Shown piece after piece: positions 12,216 to 26,567 of a stretch of DNA of 64,000 nt. Below the pieces are notes generated by a model. The model did no database searches and had not been told where the DNA came from. It saw only the letters and a program-made list of their open reading frames with translations. The stretch spans positions 105,648,001 to 105,712,000 of the forward strand of contig NC_043001.1 of assembly GCF_006345805.1 (NCBI RefSeq). The letters are read 5' to 3'. The translations under genes and the position numbers were made by a program. The DNA is from Octopus sinensis. Taxonomy: Eukaryota. How positions within the stretch are numbered: the first letter of the stretch is position 1; each line of letters starts with the position of its first letter.

Positions 12216-12960
12216 GTATAAGGGAGGATATGATCGAACGAAAATTCAATCGGACCTATGCGCAGTGACCCAGTGGGCAAAAAGAAAAAAAAAACAATAT
12301 GCAGTTGAACGAATAAAAATTTGAACTCACTCACTTTGGAAAAGGGGGTACATCAAACGATAATATAAACCATTATCGGGAGAGCTACTTGAACCGTTGG
12401 ATAATATCAGAGACTTAGGTGTAACTGTCGACAGCAACCTTAGATTGAGATGCACGTCAACAAAAATGTCGATGTTGCCCGCAGAATGTGCTCATGGATA
12501 CTCAGAACTTTTCAATCTAGGGATCATGAAACCATCATCCTTCTCTCCTCCACTGTCACTAGGCCCCACCTCGAATACTGCTGCCCATTGTGGTCCCTTT
12601 GCAAAAGACCAGGACATGATGAGGAACGAAGCGCTGCAAAGATCAATCACTAAAAAACAAAAAAATAAATGACACGATTGGACTTGATTAGTAGGCTCGA
12701 CTTAAACAGCTGAATCTCTATTCTCTGCCACACCGCCGTGAGGGATACATTATCTGCACCATGTGGAAAATGTTCCACCAATATTATCCAAATGATATTG
12801 GTATTATGCTTATAATTCACCCACGACTAGGCCCTCGTGCAATGCGTCTCCTACAAAGGTCGAAATCACATCACATAAGGACCATTGCGACACAATTTCT
12901 TCACCGTAAATGGTCCTGCTCTTTTCAATGTTATCCCGAAAGAAATTAATGCATCTAGGA
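12215..12960 (+). mobile_element. Degraded CR1-group LINE RT C-terminal fragment
   Basis: DNIRDLGVTVDSNL, VDVARRMCSWILRTFQSRD, RPHLEYCCPLWS, IHPRLGPRAMR align by eye with the 28.6-29.5 kb ORF; frameshifted. Confidence 0.85.
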
Positions 12961-13439
12961 AGATACTGGAATCATTAATCACCTTTTATATATCAGCCTT
13001 AGCTGCTTGAAAATATACATGTTCGCTGCGATGATACATCGAGGAGTCATAAATAACTGGATTAATTTATACCGTCTATAATTTCATAGTAATTTCATCA
13101 GAAAGAGGTCCGTAAAATAGTGGCGTCTAAAATTTAATATATATTGATCATACATCTGTTTTTAAAGGTGCAATATTTGCTTGAGTAACAAAAGAAGCAC
13201 CTAAATATAAATACAGAACATCTCATGTTTGTCGAGATCCACGAAGGAATTCATAGGAATCCAATCCAAAAGACATTAAATCTAATAAAAGGCTGGGTGC
13301 ATTATACATATTCGTGCATAATAAATGTGCCAAATTTCAATTACATTTCTGTATAAGATGTTTGTCCTTGCCATGCAGATCGAACATCAAATGGAATCCA
13401 ACACTTACTGTATGGTTTCTCTGTTAGTCGTAGCATATC

Positions 13440-14400
13440 TAAGGCTACATCGACTGTTGGCCTGTTTGATTTTCAGTTGGGTAGATGTTAATAGGTGGTA
13501 GTGATATGAACATAAAAAGAACAACCAGTGACCTCGAAAAAGATTTTAATATTGGCATATTATGAACAACTGGTTAGTAATTCAACTGATGACCTCGATG
13601 TATGGAAAAAGACAGTGTGTATGGTGGTAACAAAATGCGAAGCCCATAGTGCGTGCTCAAAGTTAACATTCAAATGATATAGCAGGTACCAACTTTTATA
13701 TACCTAGAACATGCAAGATGTGTGATGAAGACCAAAAAACAAGCAGTGCTGGTAACAATTTGCATTCTGAAAATTGAATAACATTTTTAGAAATTGTATT
13801 CTGAACATCAGATCAAGATCTGTATATTGCACGGCTTTCATTTCCCTGTGTTAATCGATGGACGAGAGTCACGGTCTAAAACATAAAAAAAAATGTGAAG
13901 GTACTTGGAGATCTGTGAAATGTGGTTGGGGAAAAAGGGCCTGGAAAATTGGCCCGGAAAATTGAACTGTGGCACGACATGAACGCCAAGTCCTAACTCT
14001 GGTCATAGCACCTGGAAGAAGAGTGTTGTTTTTTGTGGACGAAATTCTGTTTCATATTACATGCAAGTAGCTAATTTGTGGGCATATGGTTTATCATGAC
14101 CTAGGTGTGACTTTCAACTGGATCCGGTAGTGTGGCCTTGGATCCGAAATTCCTGTAGATTTCTCAGGTCTATTCTGACTCAGAACAATAGCAATTGCCA
14201 CGGCCACAGTATTGTGGTTAATTAGCATTTAATTGGAAGTCAGTTGTGAATAAGGGAATCAATTACGGGTGGCGAGTCCCTTGGCAAGGTCTAGCAACCG
14301 GCAAACATCTGAGTCAGAGTTACAACCAAATCATGGGATATAGCATAATGGATATGAACTTTTTCAGAAGGTAAGACTATTTAGTCAATGCCGACTATCG
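13440..14400 (+). mobile_element. Highly decayed Tc1-like transposase remnant
   Basis: WKKSVVF/VDEILFH (~14012-14055) resembles W..V.FSDE; ILTQNNSNCHGHSIV (~14170-14220) resembles QQDNAPCH; broken frames. Confidence 0.35.
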
Positions 14401-14619
14401 CTAGATGCTGAACAGATGAACAATCAACAAACAGTCAAAGGTCGAGAACAACCATTTCATTTAGCGAATAGCTGTTATCATCTGTACACGCGGTGTGCGC
14501 AGAGGAAATACTGAACTATCGAAATAAGAATACGACATATTGGACGTAGAACGTCACCCGTTCAGGTGACGATGATGATAATGATATAATATATTAAAAC
14601 AATTATCATCTCTGCTTCA

Positions 14620-14672
<53 letters not shown>

Positions 14673-16191
14673 TTGCTCTATAATGAGAATTTCAGATTTA
14701 TTTGTGGATTCATACGGCGATATTTTATATAGGTAACATTTGATAAAATATAAAAGCTGAAACACATTACCTATCAAATTTTGAAACATAAATGGCTGAT
14801 TAGATCGACACCAATATATACACAATTATTATCGTAAGGCGACGCAATGCATAGTAAGTAGAACGATTATGGAAACCGTTAATATGTGTACATTATGAAA
14901 TGATTTATATTATCCTAAAACGATTTAACAAATCTATGCAATAATTGAGATATTGAGGTATTTTGACAAGCTGAGTCGTTTGCCTATTTGTAGGAGAAAA
15001 TAAACGGATTTTAGTAACGTTGCTGTATTTCTATGAACATAAATTTTATCAATGAAATGAATACGGAAATCAAAGGAACATCATTACTCCGTTGCAATTT
15101 TTGTTTTCTTTATGATATTCAGTACAATAACAATCATCGATTCTTTCTACTTGTGGAAAAAAAGTATTCGGAATACATTATATATATTTTTAATGCTGGT
15201 CTATGATTTCCGAAATGCGTTATTCGACGATGACATTACAAACAGGTTTTGTGAGCTATCTAATCATATTATCTGTCTGTCTGTCTCTTTCTCTCTCTCG
15301 CTCTCACCCTGTATATATATATATATATATATATATACCTATATACCTATATATATATATATATATGTGTGTGTGTATGTATACATGAAGTGAGAATGAG
15401 ACAGATATATATATATATATATATATCTTTACATAAAATAATATCGGGTGCCAAATATTTTGAAATTTCACTACCAGTGACCTAGCATGTATAAATGTAC
15501 ACTAATTTTATATGGAAAGACTCTTACTCTATATTTTATTCCCCTCGCATTTTTCTTCCTGTCTCTCTCTCTCCACCTCTCTCACATTTCTTGACCTCTC
15601 TTCCTTTAGCACCCACTATTTCCCACTTGTTTATCTTCCCTGCACCTTTCCGTTTGTCTTTGATTTTTTTCTAATCCTTTAATCCCGCTGCCAACTACCC
15701 ATCTCTCCTACTTCCACGTGATCTTTCTTTCTTGGCTTGACTGCCGACCACCAACACCTCTTGTGTCCATCTCCCATGTTCCTGCCTTTAGTCTTTCGCT
15801 TCATACACGTCAGCTCAATTTGAATCGTTCTCAGTCGAAAGACGCCTGTTGTTATTACTTGTTGTATTCGTAATTGTGTACCATATTCTCTCTTTTTTTT
15901 GCTTGTTTATAGTTGTTATCTTTGTTGCCGTACACATTCACAAACTTTCTTACAGAGGAGCCTAATCCTCTTAGCTTAGGCATTTTGTGGGACAACCAGA
16001 TCGAACCACCCCTAGTGTAACTGTCCGAAATGGTCGTGACCTCTGGTACTTGACTGATGAAAGAAACCCAAGAATGACCCGTTTTCTTTTGCCTGTTCTT
16101 CTAATTGTTCTTTTGCTCGTCCTTCTAATTGTTATTTCCCTTGCCCCTATCTGTCCGAACATTTTAATGACCTCTATTACGACTTTGTTCC

Positions 16192-16228
<37 letters not shown>

Positions 16229-17172
16229 AGGTGTATAGGATAAAATAATCCAAGCAGATACAGTGGTATGGTAGCTCTCAGGTTAAGACTATCCTCATCA
16301 AATGGTCAAATAGTTATTAGCGTGTGTACAATCAGGCTATAATTCTTCTGACTGGTAACTCCGGGTTCGCTTCCCCAGATTGTGAAAATTAGGAGGAGTG
16401 TAGATTTTAAATAACTGTGAAGAATACAAAGACTGGTACATCATCAAACTTTCTTTTAATTCATATGGTTACAATAGCCGACATGTGATTCTGTTGCATA
16501 CACTAATTGCAGTTGCACATGCAGCCCCGTGTAGTTTTCTGTGCATCTTCATGCAGGGTCCATCGAAGAAACGTGGTTTACAGCTGTATGGCCACAGTAT
16601 GTGTGTGTGTGTCTGTGTGTGTGTGTTTGTGTGTGTGAGAGGAGAGTTGTTGTTTGAGTACATATTCATTTTAAACGTTTACAGTTGTTTCAGAATCATT
16701 TTAGTTATAATAGATGATACATCAATATTACCTCTTGTACAATATACATATACAATCATCCAAAGTAGTATTTTGCGATATGTTGTACGCGTGTGTTTGT
16801 ATACATGTGTGAGATGGTTGCAACTGCCTGTGCGTGTGTGCATATACGTATATCTGTGAGTGTGTGTGTATGTGTGAAAGCAGGTGATCATCGAAATATC
16901 ATTATTAAATTAATTCCAGTCGTGTTCCATAATATGCACCTTGATCTTGTTTTCATTATCCATAAATCATATTATTTCGAACATTGAAATCGAGCTAAAC
17001 GGTAAATATTTCCGAAGTTAGGCAAAACACATTTATGAAAGCCAAATACAGGCTAAAATTTCTCTATACATAATAACCTATAACTATTTTCATATGGCTA
17101 ATTTTCATATGCGTACGTACATATGTATGCACGTGTATGTGCGCGCGTGTATTTACGCCTCTTTAGTATTGC

Positions 17173-17225
<53 letters not shown>

Positions 17226-17255
17226 TCTCTCTCCCCTCTCTCACTCTCTCTCTCT

Positions 17256-17309
<54 letters not shown>

Positions 17310-18465
17310 TTTTATGTGTGTGTACGTGCGCGTGTGTTTGTGTGTTTCTATCTGTATATGTAAGAACATTACATAGACTAGAATTTCCGTTCCGTTTCGT
17401 TTCATTTTGCTTTATTTTTTTTCATTAGATACGATTTTTCCATAGATGTGTCGAAACAGTCGATCCGATAATGGAGTAGAAGTAGATATTCTACGTATAT
17501 TAGTGGCTGCAATATAATAAGTTAATGTCAAAGAAATGAAAACCGTCATTGCAGTGGGCATTTATTTTACTTCACGAAGATTAAGTTGAATCGTACTATG
17601 TTGTGATCTAATGTCAAAGAATAAGAAAAAAAAAACGTCTTTTCAAAGTAGAAAGAGCAATCTGAACGTCATCATATTCTGAGCTTGAACTTCGAAGAGA
17701 GATTGTTATAAATGGAGAATGAAGTAACTGGGAAGGAAGCTTTTATGAAAGGTCAAAATGTCGCGTACGAATATTAAAACGCTAAAATATGAATAAAAGT
17801 GAAAACATCAATATACTCGTCGTAACCATCTTCAAAAAATACATTAAGCTGCGAAAATATCTATTGAACTGTATATTAAGATATTTTTGTTCGGTTTCAA
17901 ATCTTGAGTGCAGAACTAAAGTAGCTATATTAGAATTTCATGAATACCGCAAGAGATAAGTATAAGATACCTATTGAAGTAAAACAAATTCCAATGAACA
18001 CACTAGTTTAGATACAATAAACAAATATATGGAGACGTTTCTGTTAACGTTATGAACTTATTGATTCGAACATATATATATATGCATAGAAATATCAAGG
18101 AAAAGAGGTGTTAATAAGACATATTGATTCAGGCAAAATAATTGTGAAACTTTCTGCAGATAGAAATCCAGTAAGGTAAGAAGGAAGTGTTGTGATCGGT
18201 GTCTTACTCCAAGTAATCCGAAATCGGAAGTTGAAGTCGAAAGCAATCACTAGTCAAAAAAGGTAAATCTATGATTGACTTACTCAGTTAAGAAGGGTAA
18301 GTTTTGACAGAGGTGTAGATTCAGTGTAATATCACGATCAGATATTTCAATTCTAATGCTATTTCTTCTCAGGGTGAACTTGGGTTAAACCTATTCCATT
18401 AAATGGTGTAATAATATTCAACATGACCTATTGCTTGGCGAAAGAATTATCATTTGCTCTCTTAC

Positions 18466-18537
18466 GAAAGCACGTTCCATTTCCACCTGCCGTACCGCGT
18501 TCACGTGGTATTCACTCTGGATATAATCAATAGATTC
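18466..18537 (-). CDS. Candidate internal exon (phase 0-0)
   Basis: cattttggtag|GAA...TTC|gtaaga; 72 nt, ESIDYIQSEYHVNAVRQVEMERAF. Confidence 0.3.
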
Positions 18538-19155
18538 CTACCAAAATGTCTCACTTACAAAATAGCTTCAAATGTCACCACTGTGTGCACAACAATTCAT
18601 AAGCCCATCCAACTCCAACGAAACCATTACTGTTTTCATTTTTGGTTTCAAAACCAAACATGCATTCAGACACAGCAAGGGACCGCACACACACATAAAT
18701 CTTAATATATCTGGAAGTGATTTTACCATGATTGTGTATGCGTCAACGTGCAAATATTGTGGTCGTTAGATGCGATCTTTGTTTCGCAAATAAATTTCAT
18801 ATACTATTCCAGATATTTCTATCATTTCAGGCAAAATCTCAAATGGATATGCAGAAATTTACATAGATATTTATTGAGGAATGTCAAATAGAAACCAATT
18901 AAATTAGATTACTAGCCACACATTCAGAGATATAATTTCGGACATAAAGGAATTTGCATATACAAAATATTCCATTTCGCACAGACATGAAATTAGCAAA
19001 AGCAGAATGCCATTTATAAATCACAAAGTCGCTAAAATATAATTGTTCGTTGTAGAGTTATCTTTCATAATCTCCAGTGTCGTGCTCTCTAAATATATGG
19101 TCTTCTTGATGTTTGATTACAGAAATACAGCTCCACTATACACACACACACAAAC

Positions 19156-19208
<53 letters not shown>

Positions 19209-19236
19209 TGTATGTATATATACATATATATATATA

Positions 19237-19357
<121 letters not shown>

Positions 19358-19619
19358 AGGTATGTATGTATGTATGTATGTATGTATGTATGTATATTTA
19401 CATATATACCAAATTAATTTCAACAATATTTTTTGTTTATCAATGGTAAAATTATGATTTAGAAAAACATCTTTAAATGTTTTAAAGTTGAAAAATTAAT
19501 ATTTTCAAAACAGATAAATTTAGCATTATGAATTAGGAGGACAGGTGTAAGTTTGAATGTTCATAGCAGTCAATAATATTAAAACTGTATATCAATTTGT
19601 TTGAATGTGCAATGCTCAT

Positions 19620-20482
19620 TAATGTTATTTGTGATAGACAAGTCTTACTGATTTAAGAGGGAAATAAACAAGGGAGAAATGAAAATAGTATAAAACAGAA
19701 TTTGGTTTACAGTTTCTCTGATCCTCTTTCCGTAGACGCTTTCGCTTGTAGTGGTATGTTTTGGGATCAGATGTATTTACAATTTTTGATTCGTTAAAAT
19801 ACTGGCGACGTTTTTGCGGTGGTCAATCTTGTCGTTCTGCTTGGTTGGCTTCCCTGTGGAGACGGTCATCAATCGTTCCGGTTGGTTGGTTCTCAGAAAG
19901 GGTCATTTCGTTGTATTTCCTGAAGTCCGGTTTTGATTGGTTTGGAGTTAGATGACGTCAGCAACAGGAGTTTGTAAAATTTCACTGGGCTAGAGGAAGG
20001 GGTGACGTCGGAAACTTATGTTTAATATGGTGATTTGGAGTTTCGGTTTCGGAACCCGGCTGGAACCTGGTGTTTTATTTGTGGAGAAATTTTACTGCTT
20101 TTCCTTCTTTCTAAAGGATATTAAGCTGTGGTTTACATTTTTAATTAATATGTTTTTCTTATTTAAACGGAATTGGGTTGAATTGTTTCCAAATCACCAT
20201 ACGAACACCAGTTGCCAGTTTGCCCGATCGCAGGTGGGCCCCTGCGCCATTATATTCCGTATATATGGACCCACGTTAGTATATAAGGGGCCCATCTCCT
20301 CTAGTTTGAATGTTTTATTCTCTCGTGGAAGAATGCATTATTTCAGCCTGGCTGTGTTTGTAGACAGTTGAAATGAAGACATTAAACAATAAATAAATAA
20401 ATAAATAAATGATAGCATTATAGTTGCGGGTGGGCCCCGTTAGTCTCCTGGCAACCAATAGTTTTAGACCCAGTCCGCCACT
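19620..20482. mobile_element. Unclassified GC-richer repeat ending in a hAT-like terminal motif
   Basis: Ends cccagtccgccact (20469-20482) with repeated subterminal gggccc motifs; also tatataaggg and aataaa near 20281-20410. Confidence 0.3.
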
Positions 20483-20507
20483 ATATCTATGTATGTATGT
20501 ATGTATG

Positions 20508-20541
<34 letters not shown>

Positions 20542-22010
20542 TGTATGTATGTATGCATGCATGTATTTATGTATGTATGTATGTATGTAGTATGTATGTA
20601 TGTATGTATGTATGTATGTATGTATGCATGTATGTATGTTTGTATGCATGTATGTATGTATGTTTGTATGTTTGTATGTATGAATGTATGAATGTATGTA
20701 TATATGTATGTTTGTATGTTTGTTTGTTTGTATGTATGTACGTACGTACGCACGCTTGTTCTCTCTTTCTAACAATATTCTTCCTATGTGAAATGAGCTA
20801 GTTTCTAAAAGCGTTACAAAGCAACATCTGTTGAATGTAGATAAGGAAACAATGTCACAATTAAAAAACTGAGAAACGTCTTTCATCGAGTTATTGTTCT
20901 GTATACAGACTGTATTTGTAACGTGTGTGTCGGTTGATTTCTGTTGCTGAAAATCCGAGCTTTTCTAGATTGACAATTAGGCATTTACTCAAAACACCAA
21001 GTGCCTCCACTATTATTGGTACAAATGTAAATTTGTAAACCAGATATAGAAGCCGAACTTTCGAAGCAGTTTTCCATAGTTATCTTGTATGTATGTGTGT
21101 ATGAATGTATGTGTGCATGTACGTATATGTATGTGTGTATGTATTTATGTTATTATTCAAATTTATTTCGAAAATTCTTGCCAAGTGCGACATGACCTGT
21201 TTCTAACCCAAGTCCCAAGTCCGTTCATTGGAATTTCATCACATGTATGTATGTATGTATGTATGTATGTATGTATGTATGTATGTATGTATGTACGTAT
21301 ATGTATGTGTGTATGTATTTATGCATGTATGTATGTATTATGTATGTATGTATGTATGTATGTATGTATGTATGTATGTATGTATGTATGTATGCATGTA
21401 TGTATGTTTGTATGCATGTATGTATGTATGTTTGTATGTTTGTATGTATGAATGTATGAATGTATGTATATATGTATGTTTGTATGTTTGTTTGTTTGTA
21501 TGTATGTACGTACGTACGCACGCTTGTTCTCTCTTTCTAACAATATTCTTCCTATGTGAAATGAGCTAGTTTCTAAAAGCGTTACAAAGCAACATCTGTT
21601 GAATGTAGATAAGGAAACAATGTCACAATTAAAAAACTGAGAAACGTCTTTCATCGAGTTATTGTTCTGTATACAGACTGTATTTGTAACGTGTGTGTCG
21701 GTTGATTTCTGTTGCTGAAAATCCGAGCTTTTCTAGATTGACAATTAGGCATTTACTCAAAACACCAAGTGCCTCCACTATTATTGGTACAAATGTAAAT
21801 TTGTAAACCAGATATAGAAGCCGAACTTTCGAAGCAGTTTTCCATAGTTATCTTGTATGTATGTGTGTATGAATGTATGTGTGCATGTACGTATATGTAT
21901 GTGTGTATGTATTTATGTTATTATTCAAATTTATTTCGAAAATTCTTGCCAAGTGCGACATGACCTGTTTCTAACCCAAGTCCCAAGTCCGTTCATTGGA
22001 ATTTCATCAC
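20476..22010. repeat. 768-bp tandem duplication bounded by (ATGT)n; each unit carries an RLE-LINE fragment
   Basis: Unique segment 20751-21242 recurs at 21519-22010; minus strand FTFVPIIVEALGVLSKCLIVNLEKLGFS. Confidence 0.9.
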
Positions 22011-22334
22011 ATGTATGTATGTATGTATGTATGTATGTATGTATGTATGTATGTATGTATGTACGTATATGTATGTGTGTATGTATTTATGCATGTATGT
22101 ATGTATATATGTATGTATGTATATATGTATGTATGTAAGTATGCATGTATTATAAATGCATGTATGCATGTATGTATGTATGTATGTATATATGTATGTG
22201 TGTATGTATGTATGTATGTATGTATGTATGAATGTATGTATTATGTAAATGTACAGATTTGTATGTTTTGTTTTATGCATGACTTATCATGCATATACTT
22301 GCATATCTAGACATGCACATATATACTTAAATTA

Positions 22335-22990
22335 AATATTTACAAACTGGAGAGGTTCACAGATTTTTACAGTTCCAGTGATGGCTTGGATCTGTAGTCT
22401 CCGAAACAGTTTTCTCCTTTCTGTTTTGGAGAAGCCTAATTTCTCAAGATTGTCACTTACTCAGTATGTTATGTATCCCAATGCCACAATAATTACAGTT
22501 GTAAACCTGAACTTGGAACCTGGATTAGAATAACTGCATATTTCTCAATAGCTCAGCATAGGTGTTCTTTTTCCCTTGATATTTAGCTTTATGGGCAGCT
22601 AATTTCCACAACTGTACGCGGATTCTCTTCTCTTTCCAAATTCTTATATCAGGCTTGTTGTGCTTATATTTAGCTGACGTTTACACTGGGGCATTTCACC
22701 GGTACTTCTTTTTATTATGCGTGGCTATGGCGTCTACATTTCTGTGGGTTCTTATTTCTTTGTTGTCGCCGTTATCCTTCCAACAGATTTCATTACAGAG
22801 TGCCCTAGCTTCAACATCATGTCTCATCGGTAGATAATACCGTAATGACATTTTCGTACAACTGCTTATGATGTGGCTGACACCTTTGATGTTAACGCCA
22901 CAAAGTCTGCATCGGTTGTCACATTTTACTGATTTACCTGTTTCTACCCATTTCCTGCATCAGGCATTAGGTTGATATTTCCTGTTCCTG
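22335..22990 (-). mobile_element. R2/R4-clade LINE C-terminus (CCHC knuckle plus RLE domain), decayed
   Basis: DNRCRLCGVNIKGVSHIISSCTKMSLRYYLPMRHDV and RRLQIQAITGTVKIC on the minus strand. Confidence 0.8.
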
Positions 22991-23083
22991 GATTTCTAAC
23001 GCATACCCTTCAAAGTGGGAGGTAGTAATCCGGTTGTTGGCCCATGATCGTCTGCTTTGTTAATCAATGTTACTATAATTTCG

Positions 23084-23118
<35 letters not shown>

Positions 23119-23137
23119 GTATGTGTATATATATATG

Positions 23138-23169
<32 letters not shown>

Positions 23170-23435
23170 TGTATGTATGTATGTATGTATGTATGTATGT
23201 ATGTAGGAATTTACACACGTACTCATCTGGAAGGTCAGATGTTAAACAGCGCTGATAAATGAAAAAGATAGCAGTGTTTTTTTTTCTCTCATTCTCTAAC
23301 GGTTGGAAATTACTGAGATCAACGATATTGTTTTATGCTCCCAGCTGTCGTTCGATACATACTTCTTTTCACTATATGCAACTCTTCAGATAATCCATAC
23401 ATTATTAGACAAATACAAATGCAGCGTCCACATAC

Positions 23436-23511
23436 CTTATTGTCGGCTGTTATTCCAATTACAGTTGTATAGCTAAGGCATCCGTTGCATGTATCCATTA
23501 TATTGATTCGC
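23436..23511 (-). CDS. Candidate internal exon (phase 2-0)
   Basis: aaattttgcag|G CGA...AAG|gtatgt; 76 nt, RINIMDTCNGCLSYTTVIGITADNK; the other two frames are closed. Confidence 0.3.
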
Positions 23512-24308
23512 CTGCAAAATTTCAATGCATTATTTTATTCCATCATTAGAGTTTGGCTTTTAATGATTTGATTGTAGTCATGTCGAAGCGCATCCAGAGG
23601 AAGTTTAGTTGAAAATATCGACAACGTTATATGTTTTATCGATATCTATTTTCCGAAGAGCTACTTCATGAAACGATATCTCTAATCTTATAATAATACA
23701 GAAGCTTCCCATTCTCTCGAAGCACTATTTTTATCTATTTCTTGTTATTGATTGACAATATCAGCGTACTGCTGATTCCGGCTCAGGAATATCAATGCAT
23801 TGACGGAATGGTATTATGTGGAATATTTTGATACTAACTCTAAAGTAGAAAGTGTAACTATCTGAAATTTACTTTTGTGAAAATATACGCGTGCGCAATT
23901 ATAGACGTTAGAAGTCGTATCTGTTTTAGAACAGAAATGGGCTTCAGTACCTGTATACTTATATACGAGAACACATATGCATACACAGACACAAACAGAG
24001 AACCATGATATATGTATACATATAGATTCACACACACACACACACATACACACATACACGCATACATACACACATTACATTTTCACTACACTATTTCAAC
24101 CACACAAGTGATTATATGTCTGTAATTTCATTCGCAGTCATACAAACATACGCCAATACATTTAAACATTCATAGCAACACTAACAGACATATACACACC
24201 TCACCTAAGCATGGCTGTGCATATTTCTAAGCCATAAAAATATATACATACAGAGGTGTATTCATAAATCCGTATATAGGTATTTTGTGTACATACAAGC
24301 GTTTATGC

Positions 24309-24364
<56 letters not shown>

Positions 24365-24395
24365 AAGATATATATACATATATATATATACATAC

Positions 24396-24436
<41 letters not shown>

Positions 24437-24493
24437 TGCACACATATATGTATACACACACGAACACATGTATAAGGTTTATATGAATATCTA

Positions 24494-24540
<47 letters not shown>

Positions 24541-24559
24541 ATATCTATCTATCTATCTA

Positions 24560-24612
<53 letters not shown>

Positions 24613-26511
24613 GTGTGTTCGTTTTTGTATGTGTGTGTTCGTGTGTGTGTGTGTGTAAATACATATACAAGTATACGTTCCAGACAGACGCACTTTCGTA
24701 CATATATACTAATATAAACAAAATTTCGTCTAAACATTTCACTATTTTGTGTCAATATTTTGATCAGTTCTTTATTGCTGTGTGAGATATTGGTTTTTAA
24801 ATTACAATCATCATACGCAACACATCTCCAAGCTATATATTCACCGTTACATTATCAAAAGAAAAATTATTGTAAATACCATACGTTTAGAAGTTCGTAT
24901 CGGAATCCGAATATGGTGGTGTAATTTTTACAGCGCTACGAAAGTATAAAAGGCTTCATAATCTAAACACATGTATTGAAAAAACAAAAAACTAATACAA
25001 ACATCAGTCTAAGTTCATTACAGGCCCTGTTAACTGTTATATCATAAAATAATGACATTAGTTTCGAGAAATACTTGCATTGCGTGAGAAAGAGAATCTT
25101 ATCAACATATATTTTTAATAAACATAACTTTAGCTGTAATTTTCTAATATTGCAAACGTTTACACGCCATATTGATTTAATCGGTTATATTAATTAATTT
25201 TATCTAAGTAGATAGGGCATAGTTTTTCTATTTGATAACTATATGCTATTTGTATCTGAGTGGAAACACTTTTTGAATAGAATTGAGTGCCGTACAATAT
25301 ACAACCAAATTTAAATCAGATAAAACAGATAAGATGTATACTTGTATAGTTACGTATCAATATCTGGGAGATCGATGTGCAAATATTGGTTGTTTTGAAC
25401 TGGATGACATTGTATTTTAGACATGAAATATGTGATAATCTCAAAGGCACAGCAGACACTTCCAATTTCTAAGGAGAAATTGAAACCGAAATGATACTTT
25501 AAAACAGCTTGCTAGTGTAAATTCAGTCAGACGAAACCTCAGAATGCCAGATGCGAGTAGGTTTGAAGGGTAATCCGGAAAGAATAGCTTCAGAGATGTA
25601 ATCAATTCAAAGACACCGAACTTGAGGTGAAGTCCAAATCTTTCCATGGTAACTGAGCGTATAAACGGGACAAAAATCCGTATATTCATGGCAATGGATT
25701 ACAATAATAAAAGAGGATTCAATGGAAATACAAAATCAGATCGTTGTCTGAAATCGATTATTTCTGTTTGTCTCGAACTACGTTGGCCTTCACCAAAGAT
25801 CTTTGCCAGGGTAATACATCACACTTCTTATATAACAGCAACGACGTGGTCGTCGTTTCATCTTTACGATTTTATCTCTAATCAAGATGAAGAAAGGGTA
25901 TATGTTAGAAGCAATGATATTTCGTCGGGTTCAGGTTCTGATAAAGATAAATGTTTATTGATTCACAGAATACAATGAAATCTTCTGTGATTTGGGAAAA
26001 AGATCAATAGCAGACTCTATCTCTAATTTTTACTTTCATTGTTCCATAGAAGCGTTTGATATTGGCAGGCAATATTTTAAGATCCACTCGTAATCACTAT
26101 ATGAAACAAAAGGCGAATTTTGTTTGCTGTGTAACGTACAACATACAAACGTGCTGATGAGTATATATAAATATCATCCACTGAATTACATCTGTTTCAT
26201 ATACATTAAAAACAAGCGATACGTAAGAGACGTGGTCTGTAAACATGAGTAGTGAATGGGACATTCAAGATAAAAGGAATGAAAAAATATCAGCGATTCA
26301 TGAAATATAACTAACTATTTAAACAATAGCACACCTACATTTACATACGTGTCTATGTCTATCTATCTATCTGTCTATCTATCTATCTATTTATGTATCT
26401 ATCTATTTATCTATCTATATATGTGTGTATATGTGTATATATGGGTATATGAATATACATATACATACACACACACATATATATGTAATCATATATATAT
26501 ATATATACATA

Positions 26512-26567
<56 letters not shown>

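Noticed and set aside
14225-14370. Plus-strand exon-like frame (AFNWKSVVNKGINYGWRVPW...) ending at gtaaga
   Set aside because: It lies within a probable Tc1 transposase fossil.
16040-16075. CTGATGA followed closely by GAAAC
   Set aside because: Only two bases separate the motifs, so no stem II can form; not a hammerhead.
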